Program-made: the position numbers and the translations under genes
IMG/VR virus record: IMGVR_UViG_3300027542_000008
Location: 44,986-64,985 of that record
Length of the DNA: 20,000 nt
Source: an uncultured virus (IMG/VR IMGVR_UViG_3300027542_000008)
Taxonomy: Duplodnaviria > Heunggongvirae > Uroviricota > Caudoviricetes
Direction: 5' to 3' (one strand)
The notes under the pieces: generated by a model
What the model saw: the letters and a program-made list of their open reading frames with translations, nothing else
Databases searched by the model: none
Told to the model about the DNA's origin: nothing
In this document: in pieces, positions 7,206 to 16,043 of the stretch
Numbering within the stretch: the first letter of the stretch is position 1
Layout of the letters: each line of letters starts with the position of its first letter

Positions 7206-9323
7206 TTACCTCAAAAAATCCTCTTCTGCCGTAGTACCAACAGCCCTGTCAGCCGACAAAGTTAACCCGCGCCACTCATTGCCGATTTTCGTATGCTTCA
7301 TTTCGAACCCTGCGACACGCAGCGCTTCCCCAAAATCACGGTTGCTCCGCACATATTCGCCGGTTTCGATAGCCCACGCCCTGTATGCCTTGTAAAGCAC
7401 GCCCCCGGTTATTTTTTCAATCTCGCCAATAATGCAGCACTCTTCCAGGAAGCTGCGCAACCAGTCATTAGATTTTCTGTATTCCTTATTCGCTTCATCG
7501 ACTACTGCACAAGGCGGCATCTGATAACCGCCGGCTATAAACTTTTTCGCGCCTTCGATAGCCCACTGCAACACTGCACCACTCGCCTGCTTTATAAGCG
7601 TTTCGGCATAGTCACGCTGCGGGTTCTTGATTACCGCATTGAAAGGAAGCACAATGAGCCTGCGCCACGTTCCTTTGTCCATTGAACCCACCCTCGGCAG
7701 ATGATTGGTATAAAGAACAATGCTGTGTGTCGGCGCGAATGTAAAAGGATCGTGATATTTCTTTTCTGCGGAAATCTCATCTACCGAAGCTATCTGCTTG
7801 AGCATACTGGTAGAAAGGCGCTGTCCTTCTTCCGTTTCGCTTGCTAAGACGAACCTCTTTCCGAGCATTTCAGCAAGGTCGACTTTTGCGTTCTTTGCTC
7901 TGGTAGTCAAAGATTCTGCGGGTATCTTTCCGGCATAATCGCCAAGCACCTCGTGAATAGTATTGAAAACGGTACTCTTGCCGTTCGCACCATCACCGTA
8001 TGCGATGAACATTGACTCGGCATAAACCTTGCCAATTACCATACCCCCTGCAATATACTGCAGATACTCCTTAAATTCGGTGTTATTCTGAGTTGCGCTA
8101 TTGAGGCAGTCCTCCCATAATTCCATACCGTCCGTACTCGGTGCAACTTTCGTCATTTTGGTACAAAACGCTTCAGCTCTGTGCGCATAAGAAATCCCGG
8201 TTTTCAGGTCGATGATGCCTTTCGGCGTGTTCAGTTCAAAGGGGTTACTGTCAAGCTCGGATACCGCAATTTCAAGCTGGCTTTCGGCGCAGTGCATTAC
8301 CGCGACAATCTTGCTGTAATCGTTCATTTTATTTGCGAACTTGTAATATGCCAGCGCCTCCTTTACAAGCTGCTCATTATCCTTACCGGCTTTTTTATCT
8401 CCGTCTTCCAACGCCCCTTCACCCATATTCGCGTATGCATCTTTGACTGCCTGCCTTGCCGTTTCCAGAACCTTTTTCACAAACTCGATATAACGTTGCT
8501 TTGCTTTCAGTTCCGAAACTTCCCACTGCTTCCCGTTCCAAACCAGCCAACCCATCGCTTTGCTGAACCTGATCTCAGCGCCATATTCCCGAACGAACAG
8601 GTCTGCCATGCCGGTATCGTTTTGTGCTTTCGGTTTTAACTGATAGCCGAAATCATCCTCAGCCGTAGAGCGTTCGATGTAATTTTCAAGCGCATCCTTG
8701 CGGGTGATTTTTTGCATTTCTTCATCAGGAAGCGGTTCTGCAAACGCATACTGATTTATCTGGAAAAGAATAGTCTTCACTTCCATCGGAGTGAACCCGT
8801 TTCGAAGTAACGTTGCAGAATGCTTGAACAGCGCCCCATTTCTGCCATCACCTTCACCCATACCGGTAAAGCTCTGCCCACCCTTAATAGGTGAGAATGC
8901 TTTCGGGAAGGTATCCACCGGGCGAGTTTCATCAAAGTCACGGATTATCTCTCTTACTTTTCCCCCGCTTTTCAAGACAACGTACATATTCTTTCCGGTG
9001 CGGACATCAAACGTGAATCCGAAGGCATCTATTGCCTTGACCACGCCTTTCGTACAGAACTCACTGTTGCGGAACATAAAGTGTAATCCGCGCGTAGTTT
9101 TGTAAACACGGCAGTTTAGGTTCATTGCGCAAACCAGCGCATATACCCTTTCCGCTTCGCCGGCTTCATCCACATCCTTAACCGTGTATTCACCGTTTAA
9201 TATCCCGGCGTATTCGTCTAACTTGCTCACGTCTTCAAGAGACAAAAGCGGTTCACCGTTTCCGAATTTTTGACAAGGATGTTTGTCCTTGGTTTTTACA
9301 TATCCCCTGAAAGGACTAATCAT
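7206..9323 (-). CDS. Phage/plasmid primase-helicase, P4 family (Prim-Pol/PriCT, D5_N, SF3 helicase)
   Basis: DVD and TTRGLHF AEP-like motifs, GDGRNGALF (PriCT), WLVWNGKQW (D5_N), Walker A GDGANGKST, TNHLP. Start moved to ATG 9323 (GGAGG RBS, ATGA overlap). Confidence 0.9.
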   Translation of the reverse strand: MISPFRGYVKTKDKHPCQKFGNGEPLLSLEDVSKLDEYAGILNGEYTVKDVDEAGEAERVYALVCAMNLNCRVYKTTRGLHFMFRNSEFCTKGVVKAIDAFGFTFDVRTGKNMYVVLKSGGKVREIIRDFDETRPVDTFPKAFSPIKGGQSFTGMGEGDGRNGALFKHSATLLRNGFTPMEVKTILFQINQYAFAEPLPDEEMQKITRKDALENYIERSTAEDDFGYQLKPKAQNDTGMADLFVREYGAEIRFSKAMGWLVWNGKQWEVSELKAKQRYIEFVKKVLETARQAVKDAYANMGEGALEDGDKKAGKDNEQLVKEALAYYKFANKMNDYSKIVAVMHCAESQLEIAVSELDSNPFELNTPKGIIDLKTGISYAHRAEAFCTKMTKVAPSTDGMELWEDCLNSATQNNTEFKEYLQYIAGGMVIGKVYAESMFIAYGDGANGKSTVFNTIHEVLGDYAGKIPAESLTTRAKNAKVDLAEMLGKRFVLASETEEGQRLSTSMLKQIASVDEISAEKKYHDPFTFAPTHSIVLYTNHLPRVGSMDKGTWRRLIVLPFNAVIKNPQRDYAETLIKQASGAVLQWAIEGAKKFIAGGYQMPPCAVVDEANKEYRKSNDWLRSFLEECCIIGEIEKITGGVLYKAYRAWAIETGEYVRSNRDFGEALRVAGFEMKHTKIGNEWRGLTLSADRAVGTTAEEDFLR

Positions 9324-9760
9324 TTCATTACCTCCTGGCACTCTTCATTGAAGTACCTGATTCGAATTCCTCGCTTCTGTGCTTTTTTAATCTCGCGCAG
9401 CATTCCCGCAGACATCCTCTCACCGAAAACCCACAATTCGCTGCACTTGGTTAGAAGCACCAAGCCCATATACATTCCGATTTCTCGGTCATCCGGGTTC
9501 GCATCGTTTAAAAACTGAGTGAAGAATAGGTGCGGCGTTATTGGTAGAAAACCTTCATCAACCGCGAACTTTGAAAAGCGCCGTGCCTGCGCAGTATTAC
9601 GGGCAATATCACCGGCATACGGAGAGCAGACATAAACCAAAGGACGGAACTTGTGTAGCTCACGTTGCTTTTCCATTTCCTCTTCCATTAGGTGAAGTTC
9701 AGCGTAATACTCAGTCGGGCTGGGATAACCTTCTTTGTTATAAAAACTTGGTTTCTTCAT
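9320..9760 (-). CDS. DUF4406-like / nucleoside 2-deoxyribosyltransferase-like phage protein
   Basis: RPLVYVCSPYAGD, PITPHLFFTQF, CSELWVFG...SAGMxxEI. Start moved to ATG 9760 (AGGAG RBS). Confidence 0.75.
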   Translation of the reverse strand: MKKPSFYNKEGYPSPTEYYAELHLMEEEMEKQRELHKFRPLVYVCSPYAGDIARNTAQARRFSKFAVDEGFLPITPHLFFTQFLNDANPDDREIGMYMGLVLLTKCSELWVFGERMSAGMLREIKKAQKRGIRIRYFNEECQEVMK

Positions 9761-9764
9761 TGCC

Positions 9765-11714
9765 TCACTCCTTTTTGTAAAATGCGCACTCATAACCGTC
9801 CGCGCGAAGGTTCATCGTCTCTGCCCACTCCGACGCTTCACCCATAATTGCACAAACTTCTTCCACGCTCGATTTGCCGTTTTCAACTTCAAGCACAACT
9901 TCATCGTGAATATGCATCGTAATCTTGAACCCAGCATTATCCAGGCGCATCATAGCATCCGCCAGAACATCTCTCGCGGTTGCCTGCACGATATTCTCTA
10001 CGAATTTCGGTCCGTAACTCTCGATACGTTCCCACTTCTTCGAAGCACCCAAACCTTCATAAGTAACACAATCACTGCCGAAATTGTTCACTCCAATTCG
10101 AGGTCTCACATACGCAAGCCGTCTACCGGAAGGAAGCTGAATAAATAAAATTCCTTTCTCATACGAGAATTTCAAACCATAGCATTCATAGGTTTGCTTG
10201 TTTGAAACTACATACCGAACTGCCCTATCGACAGCCCACCAGAATTTTGTAATGTTCGGGTTTGAGCCGCGCCACGCCGCCACCAGCGGCTTCAATTCGG
10301 TTTCGGGAATTCCCATTGCCGTTGCGCCCATTGCCTTCAGTGCGCCCACAGAGCCGCCGTAACCGAGCGCAAGTTCCGCTATCTTCCCTTTCTGGCGCAG
10401 GTGTCCGTTTACGCCGTTCTTTTGCACCGGAACGTGGAACATCTGGCTTGCTGATGCGCAATAGATATCTTCGCCTTTTGCAAATACATCCAAGCGCCAC
10501 TGTTCGCCGGCGAACCACGCGATTACTCGCGCTTCAATTGCCGAAAAGTCAGCAACTATAAATCTGCATCCCGCCTTCGGAACAAAAGCTGTTCTTATCA
10601 GCTCAGATAGCACGTTGGGAATATTTCCGTATTTTTTCTCAAGGCTATCGTAGTCATCGGAACGCACCAGTTCACGTACTGCCGGCAGATTTTCAAGGTG
10701 GTTTTGCGGCAGATTTTGAACCTGAATCAAACGCCCGGCATACCGTCCGGTCCGATTTGCACCATAAAACTGAATAAGTCCGCGTGCGCGATTATCGCTT
10801 CCGACTACATTCTTCATAGCCACATACTTCTTCACGCTTGACTTCGCAAGTTCCTGACGGAGCCGAAGGATTTCTTCAATGTTCCCGGTCGCATCTTGCA
10901 AAAGGCGATTTACCTCCGCTTTTGAAAGCGATTCCACAACCTGCCCCTGCTCTATCAGCCAGGCTTTGAGCTGAGACGGTGAGTTGGGATTGTCAATTCC
11001 TGTAAGCGCACGCGCCTTCTCGGTTGCTGAGCCGGTGTTAACTTCATCACACCGTATCGCGTGTTCTACGAAGTCCATATCCAGCGCGATGCCGTAATCG
11101 TTGATACGCTGATCAAGGTGATAATTTCCCCACTCTCTTTCCGAAACCGGAAAAGCAGAAAGTCGCATTTGTATTTCTGCTTCCGCTTCCACATCGCGTT
11201 TGTTGTAAGTTTTGAAAAGTTCCCACTTTTCGCGGCTATGGTAAGGAAGATTTCTGGTTCTTTCACCGTTAATTTGCGAAGGTTCACATGGTTTGCAAAA
11301 ATAACGGATGAGTTCCTTACCGACACCGAGCTTCTGTTTGTCAAGCCCCAGAACTGCTCCCACTTTTTCAAGCGAAAGAGGCAGTCCCAAAGTTGCAGCC
11401 CACACCATCGTGCAGAACCAAGATTTCGGGTCGATATATTTCCCCGTTGAATATCCCAGAAGCCGTGATAAACACACCCTTTCGAACTGCGCATTGAACG
11501 CAAATTTCCGTACCGACTCATCGGTAAGCGCCAGCACGATATCGGGAGGTATCTTCTCTCCGCAGGCAAGGTCGATTACTTTAACTTCGCCACCGTCTAC
11601 GGAATAAGCAAAAAGCAAAATTTCAAAATCATCACTTGCCGCATACCGGTAAACACCGGACTTCTGCAAATCAACGGAAGAATATGTTTCAATGTCAATG
11701 CTGATTGTTTTCAT
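9765..11714 (-). CDS. Phage DNA polymerase, family A, with 3'-5' exonuclease domain
   Basis: Exo I SIDIETYS, motif A VADFSAIEARV, motif B RQKGKIAELALGYG, motif C MHIHDEVV. Confidence 0.95.
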   Translation of the reverse strand: MKTISIDIETYSSVDLQKSGVYRYAASDDFEILLFAYSVDGGEVKVIDLACGEKIPPDIVLALTDESVRKFAFNAQFERVCLSRLLGYSTGKYIDPKSWFCTMVWAATLGLPLSLEKVGAVLGLDKQKLGVGKELIRYFCKPCEPSQINGERTRNLPYHSREKWELFKTYNKRDVEAEAEIQMRLSAFPVSEREWGNYHLDQRINDYGIALDMDFVEHAIRCDEVNTGSATEKARALTGIDNPNSPSQLKAWLIEQGQVVESLSKAEVNRLLQDATGNIEEILRLRQELAKSSVKKYVAMKNVVGSDNRARGLIQFYGANRTGRYAGRLIQVQNLPQNHLENLPAVRELVRSDDYDSLEKKYGNIPNVLSELIRTAFVPKAGCRFIVADFSAIEARVIAWFAGEQWRLDVFAKGEDIYCASASQMFHVPVQKNGVNGHLRQKGKIAELALGYGGSVGALKAMGATAMGIPETELKPLVAAWRGSNPNITKFWWAVDRAVRYVVSNKQTYECYGLKFSYEKGILFIQLPSGRRLAYVRPRIGVNNFGSDCVTYEGLGASKKWERIESYGPKFVENIVQATARDVLADAMMRLDNAGFKITMHIHDEVVLEVENGKSSVEEVCAIMGEASEWAETMNLRADGYECAFYKKE

Positions 11715-11738
11715 ATTCCACCTCGCAGTTCGGTTTCA

Positions 11739-11764
11739 GGGGTGATAGGCTAACCTACCACCCC
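11739..11764 (-). terminator. GC-rich hairpin between the SSB and polymerase genes
   Basis: Minus strand GGGGTGGTAGG-TTAG-CCTATCACCCC. No clear U tract, so it may be a stabilising or partial terminator. Confidence 0.45.
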
Positions 11765-11777
11765 AACCGATAGAGCC

Positions 11778-12329
11778 TTAAAGTAAATCGTCTGCATCCG
11801 CGGGCAATTCACCGAAGTCATCTTCTGCCTTCGTCTTGCCGCCGAGAGGTTCACCGTCACGGACCTTCTGAATGTTTCCGAGTCCGCACGCGATGCCCCT
11901 ATTGCCGCTGCTGTTAAAAGCGTAGAAATTGATGGAAACTCTCGCATATACGCCGCTGTATACTTCGCCGCGCTCCAAAATAGGCTGCACTCTTGCATCC
12001 ACAATCTGAGGTGCCGTTGCGCTGTTCGCGTTTACGAAGAATGCGTTTGCATACGCTTCGTCATCCTCTCTTTCCACATCACCGTCACGGAGCGGAAGTT
12101 TCAATGTTGCTTTGTTAGGCTTCTTGCCGCCGAACTTACCGATGCCTTCCTCAATCGCCGCATCAATTGCCGCGTTGATTTTTGCAAGCGTGTCTTTATC
12201 ATCCTTGGGAATGATTATCGACACACTGTACTTGGGAGTCTGTCCCTCGCTTACTGCCTTGGGTTCCCATACGTTTGCGTAGGAAAGTCTCACCACGCCC
12301 GTTACTACTTTTGTCTTCGAATTTGCCAT
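11778..12329 (-). CDS. DUF2815 family phage single-stranded DNA-binding protein
   Basis: VRLSYANVWEP, KYSVSIIIPK, LPLRDGD, VYSGVYAR, GLGNIQKVRDGEPLGG and an acidic tail. Confidence 0.9.
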   Translation of the reverse strand: MANSKTKVVTGVVRLSYANVWEPKAVSEGQTPKYSVSIIIPKDDKDTLAKINAAIDAAIEEGIGKFGGKKPNKATLKLPLRDGDVEREDDEAYANAFFVNANSATAPQIVDARVQPILERGEVYSGVYARVSINFYAFNSSGNRGIACGLGNIQKVRDGEPLGGKTKAEDDFGELPADADDLL

Positions 12330-12333
12330 TTTT

Positions 12334-13473
12334 TTAATCTCCTTTTATTTCACTGAATTCGTTTTTTGGATTGGATACTTGAATTGCTACACGCTTATCG
12401 GTATCCTCGACAAGCGTAGGTTTGCCTTGCGGTTTTACTATGAGACCGCCAAGGACGGTTGCAAACTCCTTCTTCCCCATAAGCCTTTCCATTTCGGTTA
12501 CCGGAATTAAAGTCTGCTTGTAAATGTCGTGGTAACCGGCAGCCTTTGCCGCCTTGACCACCGCTTCCTCATCCGCATATTTGCGGTTTGACCTGCCTTC
12601 GACCAGCTTGAAACCCTGCCACTGCTTCCCACCGAGCGCCGCCTGCAAAGCGTATTCCTGAATTTCCTCTGCCCACTTTTTTATGTTGGGCAGCTTTGCC
12701 AGGACAACTTCGATTTCAGCATCGGTTAACAGTGGAGGAAGTTTAAATTCGCTCTGCGCGATTTTTAACTTCTCTTCGGCTCTTGCACGGCACTTGACTG
12801 CCGCCTTGCAAAACAAGCACCATTCGCCGGGGCAATACTCGCCTTCGCCGTTGTAGGCTTTGACTGCTCTGGGTTTCAGGTCCTTATCCGCCCAGCGCTT
12901 AAGTCGTGCTGCCGTGATTTCCCAGGTGCTTACGTTTTCTCTTCGGGGTTGGAAGATAGTCATTTTTATTTTTTTAATTTGGTACTTCTCTCCAAACTCC
13001 CTCAAAGCGCCCAACGCATACAGCTTCATCTGAGAATTATCTTCCGCTTCCACCAGCACACCCTGACCGTACTTAAAATCGATAATATACAGTCGACCTT
13101 TGGATACAATCAAACAGTCTCCGGTTCCGAAGCCATCAGGCACATAGCAGGAAAAGTCCAGCCGCTGTTCAATGAGAACCTGTGTTTCCGCATCGCGCCT
13201 TCGTTCCCGGATGACCTGCTCCATAACGAAATCCGTGTAATCGTCTGTGTACTGTTCCATTTCATCGTTATCGAAATTGGAAACCGGTCTCTCGCTGCGA
13301 AGTTTTAACTTTCGTCTGAGCTTGTGTTCACAGAGTGCGTGCGCCGCCGATCCTTCCGCTGCCGCCGCCGTTTCCCGGTCTTTGAATTCAAGTTCAAGCC
13401 TGGCTGACGGATTGCAGTGGAGCCAACGGTGCGATGCTGATGCCGAAAGCACTGCGTGTTTAGCAGGTGGCAT
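12334..13473 (-). CDS. DUF2800 family Cas4-like PD-(D/E)XK nuclease
   Basis: HAVLSASASHRWLHC, GTGDC...IIDFKYG, QMKLYALG and CLFCKAAVKC (Fe-S-type cysteines). Start moved to ATG 13473 (GGAGG RBS). Confidence 0.9.
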   Translation of the reverse strand: MPPAKHAVLSASASHRWLHCNPSARLELEFKDRETAAAAEGSAAHALCEHKLRRKLKLRSERPVSNFDNDEMEQYTDDYTDFVMEQVIRERRRDAETQVLIEQRLDFSCYVPDGFGTGDCLIVSKGRLYIIDFKYGQGVLVEAEDNSQMKLYALGALREFGEKYQIKKIKMTIFQPRRENVSTWEITAARLKRWADKDLKPRAVKAYNGEGEYCPGEWCLFCKAAVKCRARAEEKLKIAQSEFKLPPLLTDAEIEVVLAKLPNIKKWAEEIQEYALQAALGGKQWQGFKLVEGRSNRKYADEEAVVKAAKAAGYHDIYKQTLIPVTEMERLMGKKEFATVLGGLIVKPQGKPTLVEDTDKRVAIQVSNPKNEFSEIKGD

Positions 13474-13666
13474 GTTCACCTCCTTTGGAATCCACTTCAC
13501 AGATGGTGATACCTTCTACCGAGCTGCCGGGAACGACTATCATCACGCCCTGCATTCCGTTCAGCATACTTTTGAACTTTCTGTCTTTCGGGTTCATCTG
13601 CTTGCAAGTAACTATGCCATCCTGCTTGGGTTCCTTGGAAACACTGATTTTGAGATTGTGCTTCAC
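13460..13666 (-). CDS. Conserved small phage hypothetical protein
   Basis: GTG start with GGAGG RBS giving (M)KHNLKISVSKEP...IVVPGSSVEGITICE; overlaps the DUF2800 start. Confidence 0.7.
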   Translation of the reverse strand: MKHNLKISVSKEPKQDGIVTCKQMNPKDRKFKSMLNGMQGVMIVVPGSSVEGITICEVDSKGGEHATC

Positions 13667-13759
13667 CTTCTTACCTCCTTCGAAGAGCGTTTCGTTATTG
13701 CTGCCCTTCACTATTCGGAGAAAAGGGGGTGGTTTCGAGGGGGGTATTTTAGAAAAAAA

Positions 13760-14149
13760 TTAAAAAAGTTTTTTGTATTTTGCTTTTATCTGTTTCAGGC
13801 TTTCCCGAACCACGCTCGGATCGCAGTGTTCTTCCCTTGCTATCTGCGCAGCCGAAGCGCCATCCAACCGGCGTTCAAGCCTCCGGCGCTGCACAGCAGT
13901 GAGTGTAGAAAGAAACTTGTCCACTTTGGATTGACTTTCTTCCTCTTCCCGTATGCGGTCCTGGTTCTGGCTTTCGTCCGCGAACGCCTCGCCTTCATAT
14001 TCAAATCCGTCCAGAGAAATGCAGTGGTACCGCTGCTTGCGGTCTCCGTTCGATTCCTCTCTCCTCGATGCGGTAATGTACGCACCTATTTCTTCGCTTA
14101 CCTCAACTTCACTCGTAGTTCCGTCTGCAAATTGATACTTGATTATCAT
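13760..14149 (-). CDS. Sigma-70 region 4-like (ECF/Tn916 Orf7-like) transcription factor
   Basis: ISLDGFEYEG...LTAVQRRRL...AAQIAREEHCDPSVVRESL HTH; AAGGAG RBS; first gene of the replication operon. Confidence 0.8.
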   Translation of the reverse strand: MIIKYQFADGTTSEVEVSEEIGAYITASRREESNGDRKQRYHCISLDGFEYEGEAFADESQNQDRIREEEESQSKVDKFLSTLTAVQRRRLERRLDGASAAQIAREEHCDPSVVRESLKQIKAKYKKLF

Positions 14150-14191
14150 AAATGCTCCTTCCTCTCCCGAAGGAACATCTGCGGCAAACCG

Positions 14192-14229
14192 AAATATAAA
14201 AGGCTTGAGTACCTTTCGATACCCAAGCC
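14192..14229 (-). terminator. Intrinsic terminator inside the leader of the sigma-like gene
   Basis: Minus strand GGCTTGGGTA-TCGAAAGG-TACTCAAGCC followed by TTTTATATTT. Confidence 0.65.
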
Positions 14230-14362
14230 GAAAACGCCATTAAAAGGACGCATTAAAGAAAGGGTATCAACACACCTCCACATCCTAAAAATTGTTCGAA
14301 GTGCGTTATATCCGTTTGCCCTTTAATGCATGTCCGGGCGAGATATTTTTAATTACGGTTAC

Positions 14363-14430
14363 AGTATAGCAAGAAAAAACCGTGCTTTAAATGCCTGAAA
14401 GTTGCCCGATTATTGACCAGTTATTGTCTT
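14363..14430 (-). promoter_or_regulatory. Promoter of the sigma/replication operon with upstream phased repeats
   Basis: Extended -10 TGCTATACT (14371-14363) with no good -35. Three TTG(C/A/T)C units at 11-bp spacing (14402, 14413, 14424). Confidence 0.55.
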
Positions 14431-14454
14431 CACCAAAAGTTCTGCATAAATAAA

Positions 14455-14490
14455 AAAAGGCAAACTTCTTACTAACGAAGTTTGCCTTTT
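14455..14490. terminator. Perfect inverted repeat between the divergent promoters
   Basis: AAAAGGCAAACTTC-8 nt-GAAGTTTGCCTTTT (14-bp arms) with A/T tracts on both sides. Confidence 0.6.
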
Positions 14491-14504
14491 CAATATTATA
14501 GGGA

Positions 14505-14533
14505 TTGTGTTTTTACGTTTTTTATGCTATAAT
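14505..14533 (+). promoter_or_regulatory. Sigma-70 promoter for hamAB
   Basis: TTGTGT-17 bp-TATAAT with TGn extension. Confidence 0.7.
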
Positions 14534-14591
14534 AAATACGATATTACTAATTGACTAATTCATACTACATATCTCTTGGAGGATGCGCTAT

Positions 14592-16043
14592 TTGAAGAAA
14601 CTTTGCATAGGAACATTCTTAAATATCATTTCGCAAGCCAAAGCTACTGCTCGAGGACAGCAGCGGCTTTTTAGTGCTATACTTGCTGGAATTGAGGATG
14701 ATCCTTCATATGCAGAAGCCAGCTATCAAGGACATTTAAAATGTGGGGATAAAAATCCTTCCCAAGCATTCATAGATTTAACCAGAAAAAAACCTATAAA
14801 TGAACTTGCCGATTATTACGCTGAAAGTGTTTTACCACATCTCAATTCTTCACTTCAAAAACATATTGTTTTAGCGTTTAAGCAGGTACTTACCGAAGAT
14901 ACAACCATACCTGATAGTCAGAATTTGTGCCCCATTTCGGGATATACTAAACATGATATTCTAACAAAAAATGCATTTTCTATATCCGGTCTTTTGGCTT
15001 GCCTGTTTTACTATTCTGTAACACAGGTTTCAAACACAGCTTGGAAAGCAAGCATTAAAGAAATCGATAAAGATTATGTAATTTCTTTTGAATCTCATAA
15101 AGATGAAATCAATATTATTGAAAGCCATAGTCTCCCCGTAACCCCGCTTGCTGCTACCGCACGAAGCACAAGGTTTGATGCTGTATTCACTGAAGTTCAT
15201 CCCAACCATGCTCTTTCTATTCCAAACCCTTCTGCCACTCATATTTATCACTTAAGCGTTTCCGGCAACGAATTCAGTTATAGAGATATTTCAAAATTTA
15301 TCTGGGATAATATTGGACGCTATGTTTTTTCACGCGCGCAAAGAAATTCATACACAATGGAAGACATAGAAAATCTTACTGCTGATGCTATTCGAGCGTA
15401 CAAAAAGAGAGTTACTGCAGCCCCTGGTCAAAGCCATTTTGCAGAAATAATGTTATATTCGTTTCTGGAATGCGCATTAAACGCACCCAAAATAAGCAGT
15501 AAAATCGAACTTCAAAATATAGGTGGTACATACCAAAGTAAAACATCTGGCATACATTTACTTCCAAACGGTGCAAACAATCAGGTCATATTTGGAGCTT
15601 CTGAAGTAGTAAACGATTTGAAAGCTGCAATAGATTCTGCTTTCGCTCAAATCAGTGAAATCAAGTCAACCGCTAATGATGAATATACCTTAATTGAAGG
15701 GGATATTTTAAACCGCTCGTTCGATGCCCCCACCATGCAATATCTCAAAGGAATGTTAATTCCGCAAAAAGGCGGTTCAGTTCCTCCCGATACTGCTTTC
15801 GGATTATTTATCGGTTATAGCATCGGCATTCCAAACGCCGCCTTACTTTCAAATGCGGATTACCGCGCCGCGGTTGATAGCAAAATGCAAGCCGATATAA
15901 CTGCTTGCATCCCTCATATAGAAAAATTAATTTGTGATAAAAATTTAACTGCGTATTCATTTTATATTTATGTCCTTCCACTGAATGATGCCGATAATGA
16001 TAAAAACCTTATCATGAATACCGCCTTAGGGGGTGAAGCATGA
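14592..16043 (+). CDS. hamA: Hachiman HamA-like (DUF1837) protein with an extra N-terminal domain and a degenerate nuclease site
   Basis: C-terminal half has EIMLYSFLE..LNAPKISSKIEL, GIHLL, VIFG, AFGLFIGY and FYIYVLP typical of DUF1837, and is coupled to a Ski2-like helicase. Likely start is TTG 14592 (GGAGG 9 nt upstream); ATG 14583 abuts the RBS. Confidence 0.8.
   Translation: MKKLCIGTFLNIISQAKATARGQQRLFSAILAGIEDDPSYAEASYQGHLKCGDKNPSQAFIDLTRKKPINELADYYAESVLPHLNSSLQKHIVLAFKQVLTEDTTIPDSQNLCPISGYTKHDILTKNAFSISGLLACLFYYSVTQVSNTAWKASIKEIDKDYVISFESHKDEINIIESHSLPVTPLAATARSTRFDAVFTEVHPNHALSIPNPSATHIYHLSVSGNEFSYRDISKFIWDNIGRYVFSRAQRNSYTMEDIENLTADAIRAYKKRVTAAPGQSHFAEIMLYSFLECALNAPKISSKIELQNIGGTYQSKTSGIHLLPNGANNQVIFGASEVVNDLKAAIDSAFAQISEIKSTANDEYTLIEGDILNRSFDAPTMQYLKGMLIPQKGGSVPPDTAFGLFIGYSIGIPNAALLSNADYRAAVDSKMQADITACIPHIEKLICDKNLTAYSFYIYVLPLNDADNDKNLIMNTALGGEA

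Larger units (their letters stand above)
1..14149 (-). mobile_element. Prophage or prophage-like integrative element (replication module and start of packaging module); extends past the left edge and probably includes the hamAB and hsdS cargo on the right
   Basis: Co-oriented, tightly coupled sigma-like/DUF2800/SSB/PolA/primase/VRR-NUC/SNF2/RinA-like/HNH/TerS/MetK/methylase order typical of Bacillota phi-m46.1-like prophages. No att site or integrase is visible in the window. Confidence 0.85.

Noticed and set aside
12334..13473. Cas4-like nuclease as a sign of a CRISPR system
   Set aside because: No CRISPR array or other cas genes in the window; DUF2800 is a standard phage replication/recombination gene.
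13247..14326. 359-aa plus-strand ORF
   Set aside because: Antisense to three well-supported phage genes, with no RBS or recognisable motif; a shadow ORF.
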